Positions 18,439-27,739 of a DNA stretch of 64,000 nucleotides are shown piece after piece. The notes beneath the pieces are model-generated. The model was not told the DNA's origin. It was given only the letters and a program-made list of their open reading frames with translations, and searched no databases. Within the stretch, counting starts at the first letter, position 1. The number at the start of each line of letters is the position of its first letter. Source of the DNA: Pontiellaceae bacterium (GTDB taxonomy: Bacteria; Verrucomicrobiota; Kiritimatiellia; Kiritimatiellales; Pontiellaceae); assembly GCA_016937945.1 (NCBI GenBank), contig JAFGVP010000102.1:20227-84226 (forward strand). The letters are read 5' to 3'. Both the position numbers and the translations under genes were made by a program.

Positions 18439-20252
18439 TCGTTCGGCCTCACGACATAAATCCGCTCACCATCCGGCGCAATCCGCAGATAGCGCACCGC
18501 AAATTCAGCAATCTCCTGAAAAGCCGGACCACACACCGTTCCGCCATGCAGCCCGCGTATACGACCGTTTTCATACGTTTTCACAGGGTCGTCGGCCACC
18601 ACGATAATGCCGATTTCCGGATCTTCAGCAGGAAGAAAGCCGCCGAACGAAGACCAAAAACGCTGGCCATAATATCCTCCGCCCTCCTCCTTCGGACGAA
18701 TCTTCTGCGCCGTACCGGTTTTTCCGGCCACCGAATAACCTTCCACCTGAGCCTTAACCCCGGTGCCGCCATCTTCCGTCACGCGCATGAGGAGTTTCCG
18801 CATCTGCTTCGCCGCACGGGGAGATAGGGGCCGCCCGAGCTCTTCCGGCTTGTTTTCCAGAATAATGCTACCATCTGCCGCCACCACTTTTTTCACGACG
18901 TAGGGCTTCATCTGAACTCCGTTCAGGGCAATGGCATCGAGCATGGAAAGCATCTGCAGTGCCGTTGCGGAAACCTCCTGGCCCATGCCGATGCGCGTAA
19001 TACTGATCTTGGACCAGCGGGAAACCCGGTTCAGGATACCGCCCTCTTCCCCCGGCAGGCCGACGCCGAGCGGACTCCCGAAATGAAACGCCTTCATGCT
19101 GTCATAGGTCGCCTCGTTTCCCATCATCATGGCAATCTTGGCCGTACCGATGTTGCTGGAATATTTAACGACATCCGCCACATCCAGCTCTTCGTATTCA
19201 TGCGTATCTTCAAGCTTGGCCCCGCCGTACCGCCAGTAACCACCCTCGACATCAATCATATCGTTGGTCTGTACCACGTTGCGCTCAAGAGCGCTGGAGA
19301 TCAGCGCCGCCTTCATCACCGACCCCGGCTCATAGTTATAGCTGATCGCATTGTTCCGCATCCACTCCGGCGGCGCATGCGAATAGCGGTTCAGGTCATA
19401 AGTCGGAAACGAAGCCATCGCAAGAATCTCACCGGTGCGGACTCGCTGAACGATGGCCCAGACACCCTTTGCATTGAATTCGTGACAAGTCCGTTCAACG
19501 GCTTTTTCCACAACATACTGAAGCTGCTGATCGAGCGTGAGCATGACCGTGGCCCCGTCTTCCGGCGGAATATCCACGCGCCGGCGATTATAGATTTCGC
19601 GCCGGCGTCCATCGGTCGTGCTGATGCGAAGTCCTTCCTTACCCCGCAGAAATTCATCAAACCGTTGTTCAATGCCGGCACTGCCGACCCCCTCCAGATT
19701 AGAGAACCCGACCACGTGCGCCATCAGGGCCCCTTTGGGATAGTGCCGGATCGAAGTCTCCTCCATCTTGACCCCGCGAAGGTAAATATTGGTCGAGCCA
19801 TCCGGCAGCGGATCACGCGGCGTATAGACCGCCCCGAACGCGCGACGCTCGAAGCGCTTAAGCCGATGCTCAGGAACATATTTCTTGATGGCCACCCACT
19901 GCCGTCTGGTGTCGGACAGGTATTCGCGCATCGTCTCTTCCGGAATACTGAACTCTTCGGACAGATAATGAATCACCGCCTCGGCATCACCGCTTTCATG
20001 AATATATTTCGGATCGAGCGTTACGTGATAGGCGGTCCGGTCGATCGCGAGGATCTCTCCGTTGCAGTCGACAATCTGTCCACGTCGGCCAACCGGCTTT
20101 TCCTCAAGCGTGCGTTGCTCCTGAATCGGCTTGATAATCCATTCGTCCGGACGAAGCTGAACCAGACAGAGCCGAACGGAAATCCCGAGAAAGACGAGTA
20201 CAAGCAGGCCTGCCAGAACCCCAATTCTTCCTTTGTACCGAACTTCCGCCAT
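18435..20252 (-). CDS. ftsI: peptidoglycan D,D-transpeptidase FtsI (class B PBP)
   Basis: PBP dimerisation and transpeptidase domains ('SVMKA' = SxxK, 'SSN', 'KTGT'). The ORF track begins at a TTG at 20282; the first ATG with a GGAGGG Shine-Dalgarno is at 20252. Confidence 0.85.
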   Translation of the reverse strand: MAEVRYKGRIGVLAGLLVLVFLGISVRLCLVQLRPDEWIIKPIQEQRTLEEKPVGRRGQIVDCNGEILAIDRTAYHVTLDPKYIHESGDAEAVIHYLSEEFSIPEETMREYLSDTRRQWVAIKKYVPEHRLKRFERRAFGAVYTPRDPLPDGSTNIYLRGVKMEETSIRHYPKGALMAHVVGFSNLEGVGSAGIEQRFDEFLRGKEGLRISTTDGRRREIYNRRRVDIPPEDGATVMLTLDQQLQYVVEKAVERTCHEFNAKGVWAIVQRVRTGEILAMASFPTYDLNRYSHAPPEWMRNNAISYNYEPGSVMKAALISSALERNVVQTNDMIDVEGGYWRYGGAKLEDTHEYEELDVADVVKYSSNIGTAKIAMMMGNEATYDSMKAFHFGSPLGVGLPGEEGGILNRVSRWSKISITRIGMGQEVSATALQMLSMLDAIALNGVQMKPYVVKKVVAADGSIILENKPEELGRPLSPRAAKQMRKLLMRVTEDGGTGVKAQVEGYSVAGKTGTAQKIRPKEEGGGYYGQRFWSSFGGFLPAEDPEIGIIVVADDPVKTYENGRIRGLHGGTVCGPAFQEIAEFAVRYLRIAPDGERIYVVRPNE

Positions 20253-20284
20253 GCTCTGTGCATTCCCTCCTGATAACGACAAAA

Positions 20285-20312
20285 CCCGCCCCCTGCATGG
20301 CAGGGCGGCGGG
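20285..20312 (-). terminator. GC-rich hairpin + T-tract between ftsL and ftsI (intrinsic terminator/attenuator-like)
   Basis: On the minus strand: CCCGCCGCCCTGCCATGCAGGGGGCGGG followed by TTTTGTCGTT, then the ftsI Shine-Dalgarno GGAGGG and ATG. Confidence 0.4.
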
Positions 20313-20337
20313 AGCGCGACTTCACGCATAGTCCCGC

Positions 20338-20715
20338 CTACTGGCGCATATACGACCGTGTATCCGCCTGCGCCGTGCGACCGGAAGCGTCCCACGGACC
20401 AAGCTTTACAATCTGCGATTCGCGCGGCATCTGCATATCCAGATTAAACTTGCGAATGGCCTGACGCAGGTTGGAGGGTGAGGTCATCATCGACCAGCGT
20501 TCCTGCTCATTATTAAAACGTTTCTGGGCGGCGGCCAGTTCCGCCTCCTTGCCCTTGATCTCGCGGCCCAGCGCATCGCAACGGGCGCACAGCCACATAT
20601 AGCTCAGACCGAGAACAGCAACGAGCACCAGCACATTCGCCAGCACCACAGGGAACGGCACCTGCACCTGATTTTTCTTTTTCTTTCTGATGGTTCTCTT
20701 TTTCTTCGCTACCAT
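20338..20715 (-). CDS. ftsL: FtsL-like cell-division protein
   Basis: 125 aa with a Lys-rich N-terminus, a single TM helix ('VVLANVLVLVAVLGL') and a coiled-coil. Lies between rsmH and ftsI. Confidence 0.7.
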   Translation of the reverse strand: MVAKKKRTIRKKKKNQVQVPFPVVLANVLVLVAVLGLSYMWLCARCDALGREIKGKEAELAAAQKRFNNEQERWSMMTSPSNLRQAIRKFNLDMQMPRESQIVKLGPWDASGRTAQADTRSYMRQ

Positions 20716-20716
20716 T

Positions 20717-21733
20717 TTACACCCCCACGCGCACTGCGCGCAATTTGGCCGAACGAGATCTCGGATTTTCGGCCAATTCCTCCTCCGTCGCTGTCTTCGG
20801 TTTTTTCCAAACCCACTCTACCGGCGGTTCCTGATAAATGCGCCGGACTCCGCCCTGATGCAGCGACTCTTCGCGCGGCACATGGCGACTGAAAAACTGT
20901 TTAACCAATCGATCCTCCAGGCTGTGAAAGGTCAGTACGGCAATGCGCCCGCCTTCGACCACCCGACCGATCATTCCTTCCAATACCTGCTCAATACCCG
21001 CCAGCTCATCGTTGACCGCCATGCGAAGCGCCTGGAACGTCTGCGTTGCCGGATGGGTTTTGCGTCCCTTCCGACCGCCCTTGGCCCGTTCAACAATTCC
21101 TGCCAGCTCCAGCGTGGTTTCGATCCGCCCGTTTGCACGCGCCTCCACAATGGCCCTCGCAATACGGCGGGACATACGATCTTCACCATACCGGAAAATA
21201 ATATCCGCCAGCTCCTGCTCACCCGCTTCGTTCACCAGATCCGCCGCTGTCGGGCCGCCGCTGCGATCCATCCGCATATCGATCGGCGCATCCTGCTGAA
21301 AGCTGAAGCCGCGCTCCGCCTCGTCGAGCTGAAACGAGCTCACACCGAGATCGAGCAGAATTCCGTTAACCTTCTCAATCCCAAGCCGGTCAAGCTGAGC
21401 GGCCATGTTTGCATAGTTGTCATGAACGAGTTCCACCCGCTTTCCGGCGCCGGACCTCAGCCGTTCACCGACCCGCTGGATGGCGTCGATATCGCGATCA
21501 AACCCGACCAGCATGCCGCCCTCACCCAGTTGTTCCAGAATCTTTCCGGCATGACCGCCATTGCCCAGCGTCCCATCCACATAGATTCCGGAAGAATCAA
21601 TATTCAGGGCCTCAAGACACTCATTCAACATGACGGGAATATGCACTAGTGTTTCTGCTCCTCGTGCGTGCGTTCCATTACATCGCTCTTCTGCCGACCA
21701 AAACTCCAATGGCGCGAATCGCCATGAAGACAC
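20717..21733 (-). CDS. rsmH: 16S rRNA (cytosine1402-N4)-methyltransferase RsmH/MraW
   Basis: 'HIPVMLNE...GIYVDGTLGNGGHAG' RsmH signature. The ORF starts with GTG at 21733; the conserved N-terminus begins near the ATG at 21631 or GTG at 21643, so the true start may be there. Confidence 0.8.
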   Translation of the reverse strand: MSSWRFAPLEFWSAEERCNGTHARGAETLVHIPVMLNECLEALNIDSSGIYVDGTLGNGGHAGKILEQLGEGGMLVGFDRDIDAIQRVGERLRSGAGKRVELVHDNYANMAAQLDRLGIEKVNGILLDLGVSSFQLDEAERGFSFQQDAPIDMRMDRSGGPTAADLVNEAGEQELADIIFRYGEDRMSRRIARAIVEARANGRIETTLELAGIVERAKGGRKGRKTHPATQTFQALRMAVNDELAGIEQVLEGMIGRVVEGGRIAVLTFHSLEDRLVKQFFSRHVPREESLHQGGVRRIYQEPPVEWVWKKPKTATEEELAENPRSRSAKLRAVRVGV

Positions 21734-21872
21734 GAAAACAAATGACCTCGATCTACCATCGAAAGGTTGAAAAAGCGCTCCCCCTCAGAGGACAGGTCGA
21801 CCGATCTCGAATAACTTAAGAAACGGGCCACATCCAACATGCTCATCGCTCTCTCCTTTATTTACCCCGGGT

Positions 21873-22307
21873 TCAATACCCACCAAAAAATACATTTTCC
21901 GCCGCGGAGGAATCCTGTGGCAGTGCAAGGTCAAAATTCTCGGCACTCCACAGCTCGATCCGCGTCATGGCGCCCACCAGCACCACCTGATTCTTAACCT
22001 CAACATGCGCCAGCAGGTTTTCGCCGATGCGGACGCGCCCCTGAGCATCCCACACCAGCATTTCCGCGCCGGCAGTAATAGAGCGAACCGCCTGCTCGTC
22101 CTGCCGGTCCAGCGCGCCTCCCGAACGCAGCGCATCAAGGCGCCGCATCATCTCGGCCGCGGTATACAGGTAGAGGCACTTCTGCTCAGGATGTGGAAAT
22201 GCATAGAGCTGATTCGGCTCTCCGGCCAGGCTTCGCCAGGTGGACGGAAAGATCATACGGCGCTTGGCATCAAGGGAATGCGTAAACGATCCCACAAACA
22301 AAGCCAT
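21873..22307 (-). CDS. mraZ: transcriptional regulator MraZ
   Basis: 'MALFVGSFTHSLDAKRRMIFPSTWR' matches the MraZ N-terminal consensus (M-F-x-G...D-x-KGR). Duplicated MraZ half-domains. The ORF track extends to a TTG at 22355; I place the start at the ATG at 22307. Confidence 0.8.
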   Translation of the reverse strand: MALFVGSFTHSLDAKRRMIFPSTWRSLAGEPNQLYAFPHPEQKCLYLYTAAEMMRRLDALRSGGALDRQDEQAVRSITAGAEMLVWDAQGRVRIGENLLAHVEVKNQVVLVGAMTRIELWSAENFDLALPQDSSAAENVFFGGY

Positions 22308-22712
22308 TCTATCCAAACCAACCATTTCCATGGATATCACCCCACAATACTCCAATTAGTGGGAAGTTATGCCACCACACTCCACCAGCGTCAACCCATA
22401 TTCCCGCTTTTTTACGGACCCCGCGCCCGTCCCTATCTCCATAAATAAACGTGATTTAGGGAAAAATACCGACCCATACGAAAGCGCGCCGGAGTCGTCA
22501 GAACAAGCCATCAATCGTCGCCACCCTCCTCCACCCTTCTCCACCACCGGCCCCCACCAGGCAAAATCCGGGATAGTTGATAAAATTTGTACAATTTAGG
22601 TATTTTAATGCTGAAATAGCCGGGCGCCTGTGTTTTAAATTGCCGAAACTAAGGAAAAGCTCACAAAGAACCGCCGATCCATGTGCCGTGATCGCTTTAA
22701 GGGAGAGCATGC

Positions 22713-24527
22713 GTGAAACCGACAGACACGAGTAATCCGGAGTATTTTCACAAGGTTGTAGACTGCCAATATGCCTGTCCGGCGCACACTCCGGTTCCGG
22801 AATACATTCGCCTCATTGCCGCCGGACGCTACGCCGACGCTTATATGATCAACTGGGAGTCCAATGTATTTCCCGGCATTCTCGGCCGAACCTGCGACCG
22901 CCCCTGCGAACCCGCCTGCCGCCGCGGACGCGTGGAAGACAAGCCGGTCGCCATCTGCCGGCTCAAGCGGGTATGTGCCGACATGAAGGACGATATCCGC
23001 TCCCGTCTGCCGAAAATTCCGAAAGAAAAAAACGGACTCCGAATTGCCCTGATCGGCGCCGGCCCCTCCGCCCTGACCGTTGCACGCGACCTGATGCCGC
23101 TGGGCTATACAATTGATCTGTTTGAAGCCGCGCCCAAGGCCGGCGGCTTCATGCGCCAGCAGATTCCATCCTTCCGGCTCCCGGAAGAGGTGATCGACGA
23201 AGAAACCGGCTACATTCTCGACATGGGCGTGAATGCTCATTTCAACACCCGGATTGAAAGCATGAAGGCGCTGATTGAGGATGGATATGACGCCGTTTTC
23301 GTGGGAACTGGTGCTCCGACGGGCCGGAACCTGAAACTTCCGGGATATGAAGAGCAGACCCAGAATTCGGTATTTATCGGTGTTGAATGGCTGGCACAGG
23401 TTGCTTTCGGACATCTTACCGAAGCCCCGCGCGATGTGATTGTGATCGGCGGCGGCAATACCGCCATGGACTGCTGCCGCACTGCGCTGCGCCTCGGCGC
23501 CGAAAACGTGAAGGTGCTCATTCGCACCCCGATCGATGCCATGGTGGCTTCGCCTTGGGAAATCGAAGATACTCGGGCCGAAGGCATTCCTATTCTGGAA
23601 AATCACAGTCCGTTGGAATACATCGTCGAGAACGGCCAGCTGAAGGGAATGAGTTTTGAAATCATCGAATATTCGATGACCGAAGACGGCAAAGAGGTTT
23701 TCACGCCGACCGGACAGCTTGAAACCATTCCATGCAGCATGGTCCTGCTGGCGATCGGACAGGCAAACGCGTTCCCATGGATCGAGCGGGATCTGGGAAT
23801 CGAATTCAACGACAACGGACTGGCGAAGGTGGACGACATTACCTTCCAGTCAACCCTTCCGAAGGTCTTTTTCGGGGGCGACGCCGCATTCGGGCCTCGC
23901 AATATTATTACAGCCGTTGCACAGGGTCATGCCGCGGCGCTTTCGATCGATCTGTTCCTGAAGGGAAAGGATCTCGAAGAACGGCCGGCGCCGGGAACCA
24001 ATCTGGTCAGCCAGAAAATGGGCATTCACGACTGGAGCTACGCAAGCATGGTTACCGAGGAGCATCGCCATGCGGTTCCTCATGTCGATCTCGACAAGGC
24101 GATTCACAGTCACAAGGTCGAGGTGGAGCTTGGTTTCGATGCCAAAACCGCATTCGAGGAAGCGCAACGCTGCCTGAACTGCGACGTTGAAACCGTCTTT
24201 TCGGCCAATAAGTGCATCGAATGCGACGCCTGTATCGACATCTGCCCGGTGGACTGCCTTACCTTTACCGATAACGAAGAGGAGGCCGCACTGCGCAAAA
24301 AGCTGAATGTGCCGGCCCATAACCTTTCGCAACCGCTGTTTGTATCCACCGAAGTAGGCACCGGACGCATCATGGTAAAGGACGAGGATGTCTGCCTCCA
24401 TTGCGGACTCTGTGCGGAACGCTGCCCGACCTCCGCATGGGACATGCAGAAATTCCTCTACATTCAGACCAAGGCCTTTAACGCCGAATCAAACCAAGCC
24501 AACCCCACACAAGCTGAGATCCAATGA
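22713..24527 (+). CDS. NAD(P)H-dependent FAD oxidoreductase, GltD-like, with C-terminal 2x[4Fe-4S] ferredoxin domain (OFOR-associated)
   Basis: N-terminal Cys cluster, 'IALIGAGPSAL' and 'VIVIGGGNTAMDC' dinucleotide-binding motifs, C-terminal 'CIECDACIDICP' / 'CLHCGLCAERCP'. GTG start with a GGGAGAG Shine-Dalgarno. Stop overlaps the korA start. Confidence 0.8.
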   Translation: MKPTDTSNPEYFHKVVDCQYACPAHTPVPEYIRLIAAGRYADAYMINWESNVFPGILGRTCDRPCEPACRRGRVEDKPVAICRLKRVCADMKDDIRSRLPKIPKEKNGLRIALIGAGPSALTVARDLMPLGYTIDLFEAAPKAGGFMRQQIPSFRLPEEVIDEETGYILDMGVNAHFNTRIESMKALIEDGYDAVFVGTGAPTGRNLKLPGYEEQTQNSVFIGVEWLAQVAFGHLTEAPRDVIVIGGGNTAMDCCRTALRLGAENVKVLIRTPIDAMVASPWEIEDTRAEGIPILENHSPLEYIVENGQLKGMSFEIIEYSMTEDGKEVFTPTGQLETIPCSMVLLAIGQANAFPWIERDLGIEFNDNGLAKVDDITFQSTLPKVFFGGDAAFGPRNIITAVAQGHAAALSIDLFLKGKDLEERPAPGTNLVSQKMGIHDWSYASMVTEEHRHAVPHVDLDKAIHSHKVEVELGFDAKTAFEEAQRCLNCDVETVFSANKCIECDACIDICPVDCLTFTDNEEEAALRKKLNVPAHNLSQPLFVSTEVGTGRIMVKDEDVCLHCGLCAERCPTSAWDMQKFLYIQTKAFNAESNQANPTQAEIQ

Positions 24528-26365
24528 AACGTGACATCATTACCAACGAGTTTGTAGTCAAGTTTGCCAATGTAAACGGAACCGGCTCGGCCAGCGCCAA
24601 CAAACTCTTCAGCCGCTCCGTATTCCGCATGGGGGTTCCCATCAGCCCCAAAAACATTTTCCCCTCCAATATCCAGGGATTACCGACATGGTATGAAGTG
24701 CGCATCAACGAAAAGGGATTCCTTGCCCGACGCGGCGGAATCGACGTAATGATCGGCATGAATCCGCAGAGCATGCAGCGCGACATTGCCGAGGTCGAAA
24801 AAGGCGGCTATTTCATCTATGATTCCACCAAGCCGCTTGATCCGGGCTGGCTGAGGGACGATATTGATTTCATCGGACTGCCGCTCACCGAAAAGTGCCG
24901 CGAAATGTACGAAGATCCCCGGCAGCGCCAGCTTTTCCGCAACATCATGTATGTCGGCGCCCTCGTTGCTCTGTTTGGAATGGAGATTGATGTGGTCAAG
25001 CAATTGATCAGCGACCAGTTCAAAGGCAAGGAACAGCTGGTGGCACCGAATGTGAAGGCCCTTGAAACCGGATTCGGACTGGCACAGGATTCCTACCCCT
25101 GCCCCTTTGCCTTCCGAATCGCCCGGCGCAATAATGTCGGCAACCGCATTCTCATGGATGGCAACGAAGCCTGCGGGCTCGGAGCCGTTTATGGCGGCGG
25201 CTCCGTATGCGCCTGGTATCCGATCACTCCATCAACCTCGGTCATCGACAACTTTTCGCGCTACTGCCGCAAATTCCGCATTGATTCCGAAACCGGCGCA
25301 AAAAACTTTGCCGTGGTTCAGGCCGAAGACGAACTCGCCGCGATCGGCATGGTCATCGGCGCTTCATGGAACGGCGCCCGCGCCTTTACAGCCACCAGCG
25401 GCCCCGGCCTATCGCTGATGCAGGAATTTCTCGGACTTGCCTACTTTGCGGAAATCCCGACTGTACTGATTGATGTCCAGCGCGCCGGACCCTCCACAGG
25501 TATGCCGACCCGAACGCAGCAGTCGGACATCATAACCGCGGCTTATGCCTCGCACGGAGATACCAAGCACATCTGCCTCTATCCATCTACGCCCAGAGAG
25601 TGCTTTGAATTCACGGCGACCGCGTTTGACCTGGCGGAGCGCTTCCAGACGCCCGTTCTGGTCATGTCCGATCTCGACCTCGGCATGAACGACAACATGT
25701 CCGACCCCTTTGAATGGGACGATGCGCGCACTTATGACCGGGGCAAAGTATTCAACCGAGACGATCTGGAAAACATGCAGGAGCGTTTCGGGCGTTATCT
25801 GGATATCGACGGTGACGGCGTTCCGTACCGAACCTATCCGGGCACCCATCCGACCAAGGGATCCTTCTTCACGCGCGGCACCTCGAAGGATGAATATGCG
25901 ATCTATACGGAGGCCGGCGAAAAATATATCGGCAACATGGAACGCCTGCTCCGCAAGTGGGATACCGCCAGCGAATATGTTCCCAAACCGACTCATTGCA
26001 CCACCGATAAACCCTGCACGGTCGGCGTGATCTATTACGGCACTTCGGAAGCCGCCACTCGCGAAGCGCTGTACCACCTCAACAACCTGCACGGGATATC
26101 GCTCGACTGCCTCGGAATCAAGGCGTTTCCGTTCACCCGCGAGGTGCAGGATTTCATCGACAGCCACGAATATGTTTTTGTCGTGGAGCAGAATCGCGAT
26201 GCCCAGATGCGCTCTCTGCTGATCAATGAATTCGACTACAACCCCGACCAGCTGGTTCCGCTGCTCCACTTCGACGGCAGCCCCATTACCGCCCGCTTTA
26301 TCCGCCATGAAATCCGCGACTGGATCCTGCAGACGACCACCACCCCGCGCCGGCGCCGCAAATAA
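24524..26365 (+). CDS. korA: 2-oxoacid:ferredoxin oxidoreductase subunit alpha (fused gamma/alpha, KorA-like)
   Basis: 613 aa with POR/OFOR gamma-like N-terminus and alpha domain ('GAVYGGGSVCAWYPITPST'). Operon with the TPP-binding beta subunit. Confidence 0.8.
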   Translation: MKRDIITNEFVVKFANVNGTGSASANKLFSRSVFRMGVPISPKNIFPSNIQGLPTWYEVRINEKGFLARRGGIDVMIGMNPQSMQRDIAEVEKGGYFIYDSTKPLDPGWLRDDIDFIGLPLTEKCREMYEDPRQRQLFRNIMYVGALVALFGMEIDVVKQLISDQFKGKEQLVAPNVKALETGFGLAQDSYPCPFAFRIARRNNVGNRILMDGNEACGLGAVYGGGSVCAWYPITPSTSVIDNFSRYCRKFRIDSETGAKNFAVVQAEDELAAIGMVIGASWNGARAFTATSGPGLSLMQEFLGLAYFAEIPTVLIDVQRAGPSTGMPTRTQQSDIITAAYASHGDTKHICLYPSTPRECFEFTATAFDLAERFQTPVLVMSDLDLGMNDNMSDPFEWDDARTYDRGKVFNRDDLENMQERFGRYLDIDGDGVPYRTYPGTHPTKGSFFTRGTSKDEYAIYTEAGEKYIGNMERLLRKWDTASEYVPKPTHCTTDKPCTVGVIYYGTSEAATREALYHLNNLHGISLDCLGIKAFPFTREVQDFIDSHEYVFVVEQNRDAQMRSLLINEFDYNPDQLVPLLHFDGSPITARFIRHEIRDWILQTTTTPRRRRK

Positions 26366-26376
26366 CGGAGATCCCC

Positions 26377-27429
26377 ATGAGCTACAAAATTCCCGGCTTC
26401 CGCCACCCCAACCTTCCGAAAAACGAGCTCGGCTATACGACCAAGGATTATGAAGGGGCCGTATCCACCCTCTGCGCCGGATGCGGGCACGATTCCATCA
26501 GTGCCGCGATCATCGAGGCCTGCTTCGAAATGTCGATCCAGCCGCATCGTGTGGCCAAACTTTCCGGCATCGGCTGCTCCTCAAAAACGCCGACCTACTT
26601 TCTGGGAAACTCCCACGGATTCAATTCGGTACACGGGCGCATGCCGTCGGTCGCAACCGGCGCAAACATGGCCAACCGAAACATGCTCTATGTCGGTATT
26701 TCCGGCGATGGCGACACCGCATCGATCGGCATGGGACAGTTTGTTCACGCAGTCCGGCGCAATGTCAACATGGTCTATATCTGCGAAAACAACGGCGTTT
26801 ACGGCCTGACCAAAGGACAGGATTCGGCCACGACGGATATTGGATCGAAAAGCAAGAAGGGCGAGCCCAACGCCCTTGAACCGATCAACCTGTGCGCGAT
26901 TGCCCTGCAGCTCGGCGCCACCTTCGTGGCAAACAGTTTCTCGGGCGACAAAAGTCAGCTCGTACCGATCATCAAAGCGGCCATCGCCCATCAGGGTTTC
27001 TCGTTTATCAACGTGATATCCCCCTGCGTAACCTTCAACAACGTTGTGAGTTCCACAAAGTCATACGACTATATCCGGCAGCATATGGCATCCACCAACT
27101 CCGTGGATTATGTGCCGCCGGCCTCGGAAATCACCACCGAGTATGAGCCCGGCACGACAGAACGGGTGACCATGCATGACGGCTCCGTCATTAGCCTGCA
27201 TAAACTTGATCCCAATCTGGACATCCACAGCCGCCGCTCGGCGCTGGAAATGATCTATGAATACAGTGCGCAGGATAAAGTACTGACCGGCGTGCTGTTT
27301 ATTGATCCCGACGCCGACGAAATCCACAAGACGATGAACACGACAACCACACCGCTGAGAAACCTGACTGAAAAGGAACTTTGCCCCGGAGCGGCGGCAC
27401 TGGAAACCATCAATGAGCTGCACCGCTGA
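26377..27429 (+). CDS. korB: 2-oxoacid:ferredoxin oxidoreductase subunit beta (TPP-binding, KorB-like)
   Basis: 'GCGHDSI', 'GIGCSS', 'GDGDTASIG' TPP-binding motifs. Confidence 0.85.
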   Translation: MSYKIPGFRHPNLPKNELGYTTKDYEGAVSTLCAGCGHDSISAAIIEACFEMSIQPHRVAKLSGIGCSSKTPTYFLGNSHGFNSVHGRMPSVATGANMANRNMLYVGISGDGDTASIGMGQFVHAVRRNVNMVYICENNGVYGLTKGQDSATTDIGSKSKKGEPNALEPINLCAIALQLGATFVANSFSGDKSQLVPIIKAAIAHQGFSFINVISPCVTFNNVVSSTKSYDYIRQHMASTNSVDYVPPASEITTEYEPGTTERVTMHDGSVISLHKLDPNLDIHSRRSALEMIYEYSAQDKVLTGVLFIDPDADEIHKTMNTTTTPLRNLTEKELCPGAAALETINELHR

Positions 27430-27436
27430 CGCGGAT

Positions 27437-27739
27437 TCAGGCAGCCGACACAAACTTGTCGCCCAGCCGGCAGTGATGCCCGAACCGGCAGATGGTCTGG
27501 CAATATTGTTCGCGCCATTGACGCGCCAGACCGAAGTAGCCGTGTTCCATGAAATCGCGTTCGGCTTCCCGCCAGGAAACTTCCGATCCGCGACGCTCGG
27601 ACATATACCATTTGTTTTCATCGACGGCCTTGCAGTATTGCGTAATCTGCCACTCCTGAAGCGATCTGAATCCACTGCAGGTGATGCCCCGGTCGCTTTG
27701 ACAGTCCATTCTTCCTTCGTTGTAGTTTTCGTCTCTCAT
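27437..27739 (-). CDS. hypothetical small Cys/His-rich protein
   Basis: 100-aa ORF with ATG start and a GGAG-like Shine-Dalgarno. Several Cys/His ('CSGF', 'CQTICRFGHHC'). Convergent with korB. Confidence 0.35.
   Translation of the reverse strand: MRDENYNEGRMDCQSDRGITCSGFRSLQEWQITQYCKAVDENKWYMSERRGSEVSWREAERDFMEHGYFGLARQWREQYCQTICRFGHHCRLGDKFVSAA

Noticed and set aside
19083-20273. 396-aa + strand ORF
   Set aside because: Antisense to ftsI.
20690-21649. 319-aa + strand ORF
   Set aside because: Antisense to rsmH.
22635-23606. 323-aa - strand ORF
   Set aside because: Antisense to the GltD-like flavoprotein gene, which has clear dinucleotide-binding motifs on the + strand.
25409-26308. 299-aa - strand ORF
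   Set aside because: Antisense to korA.
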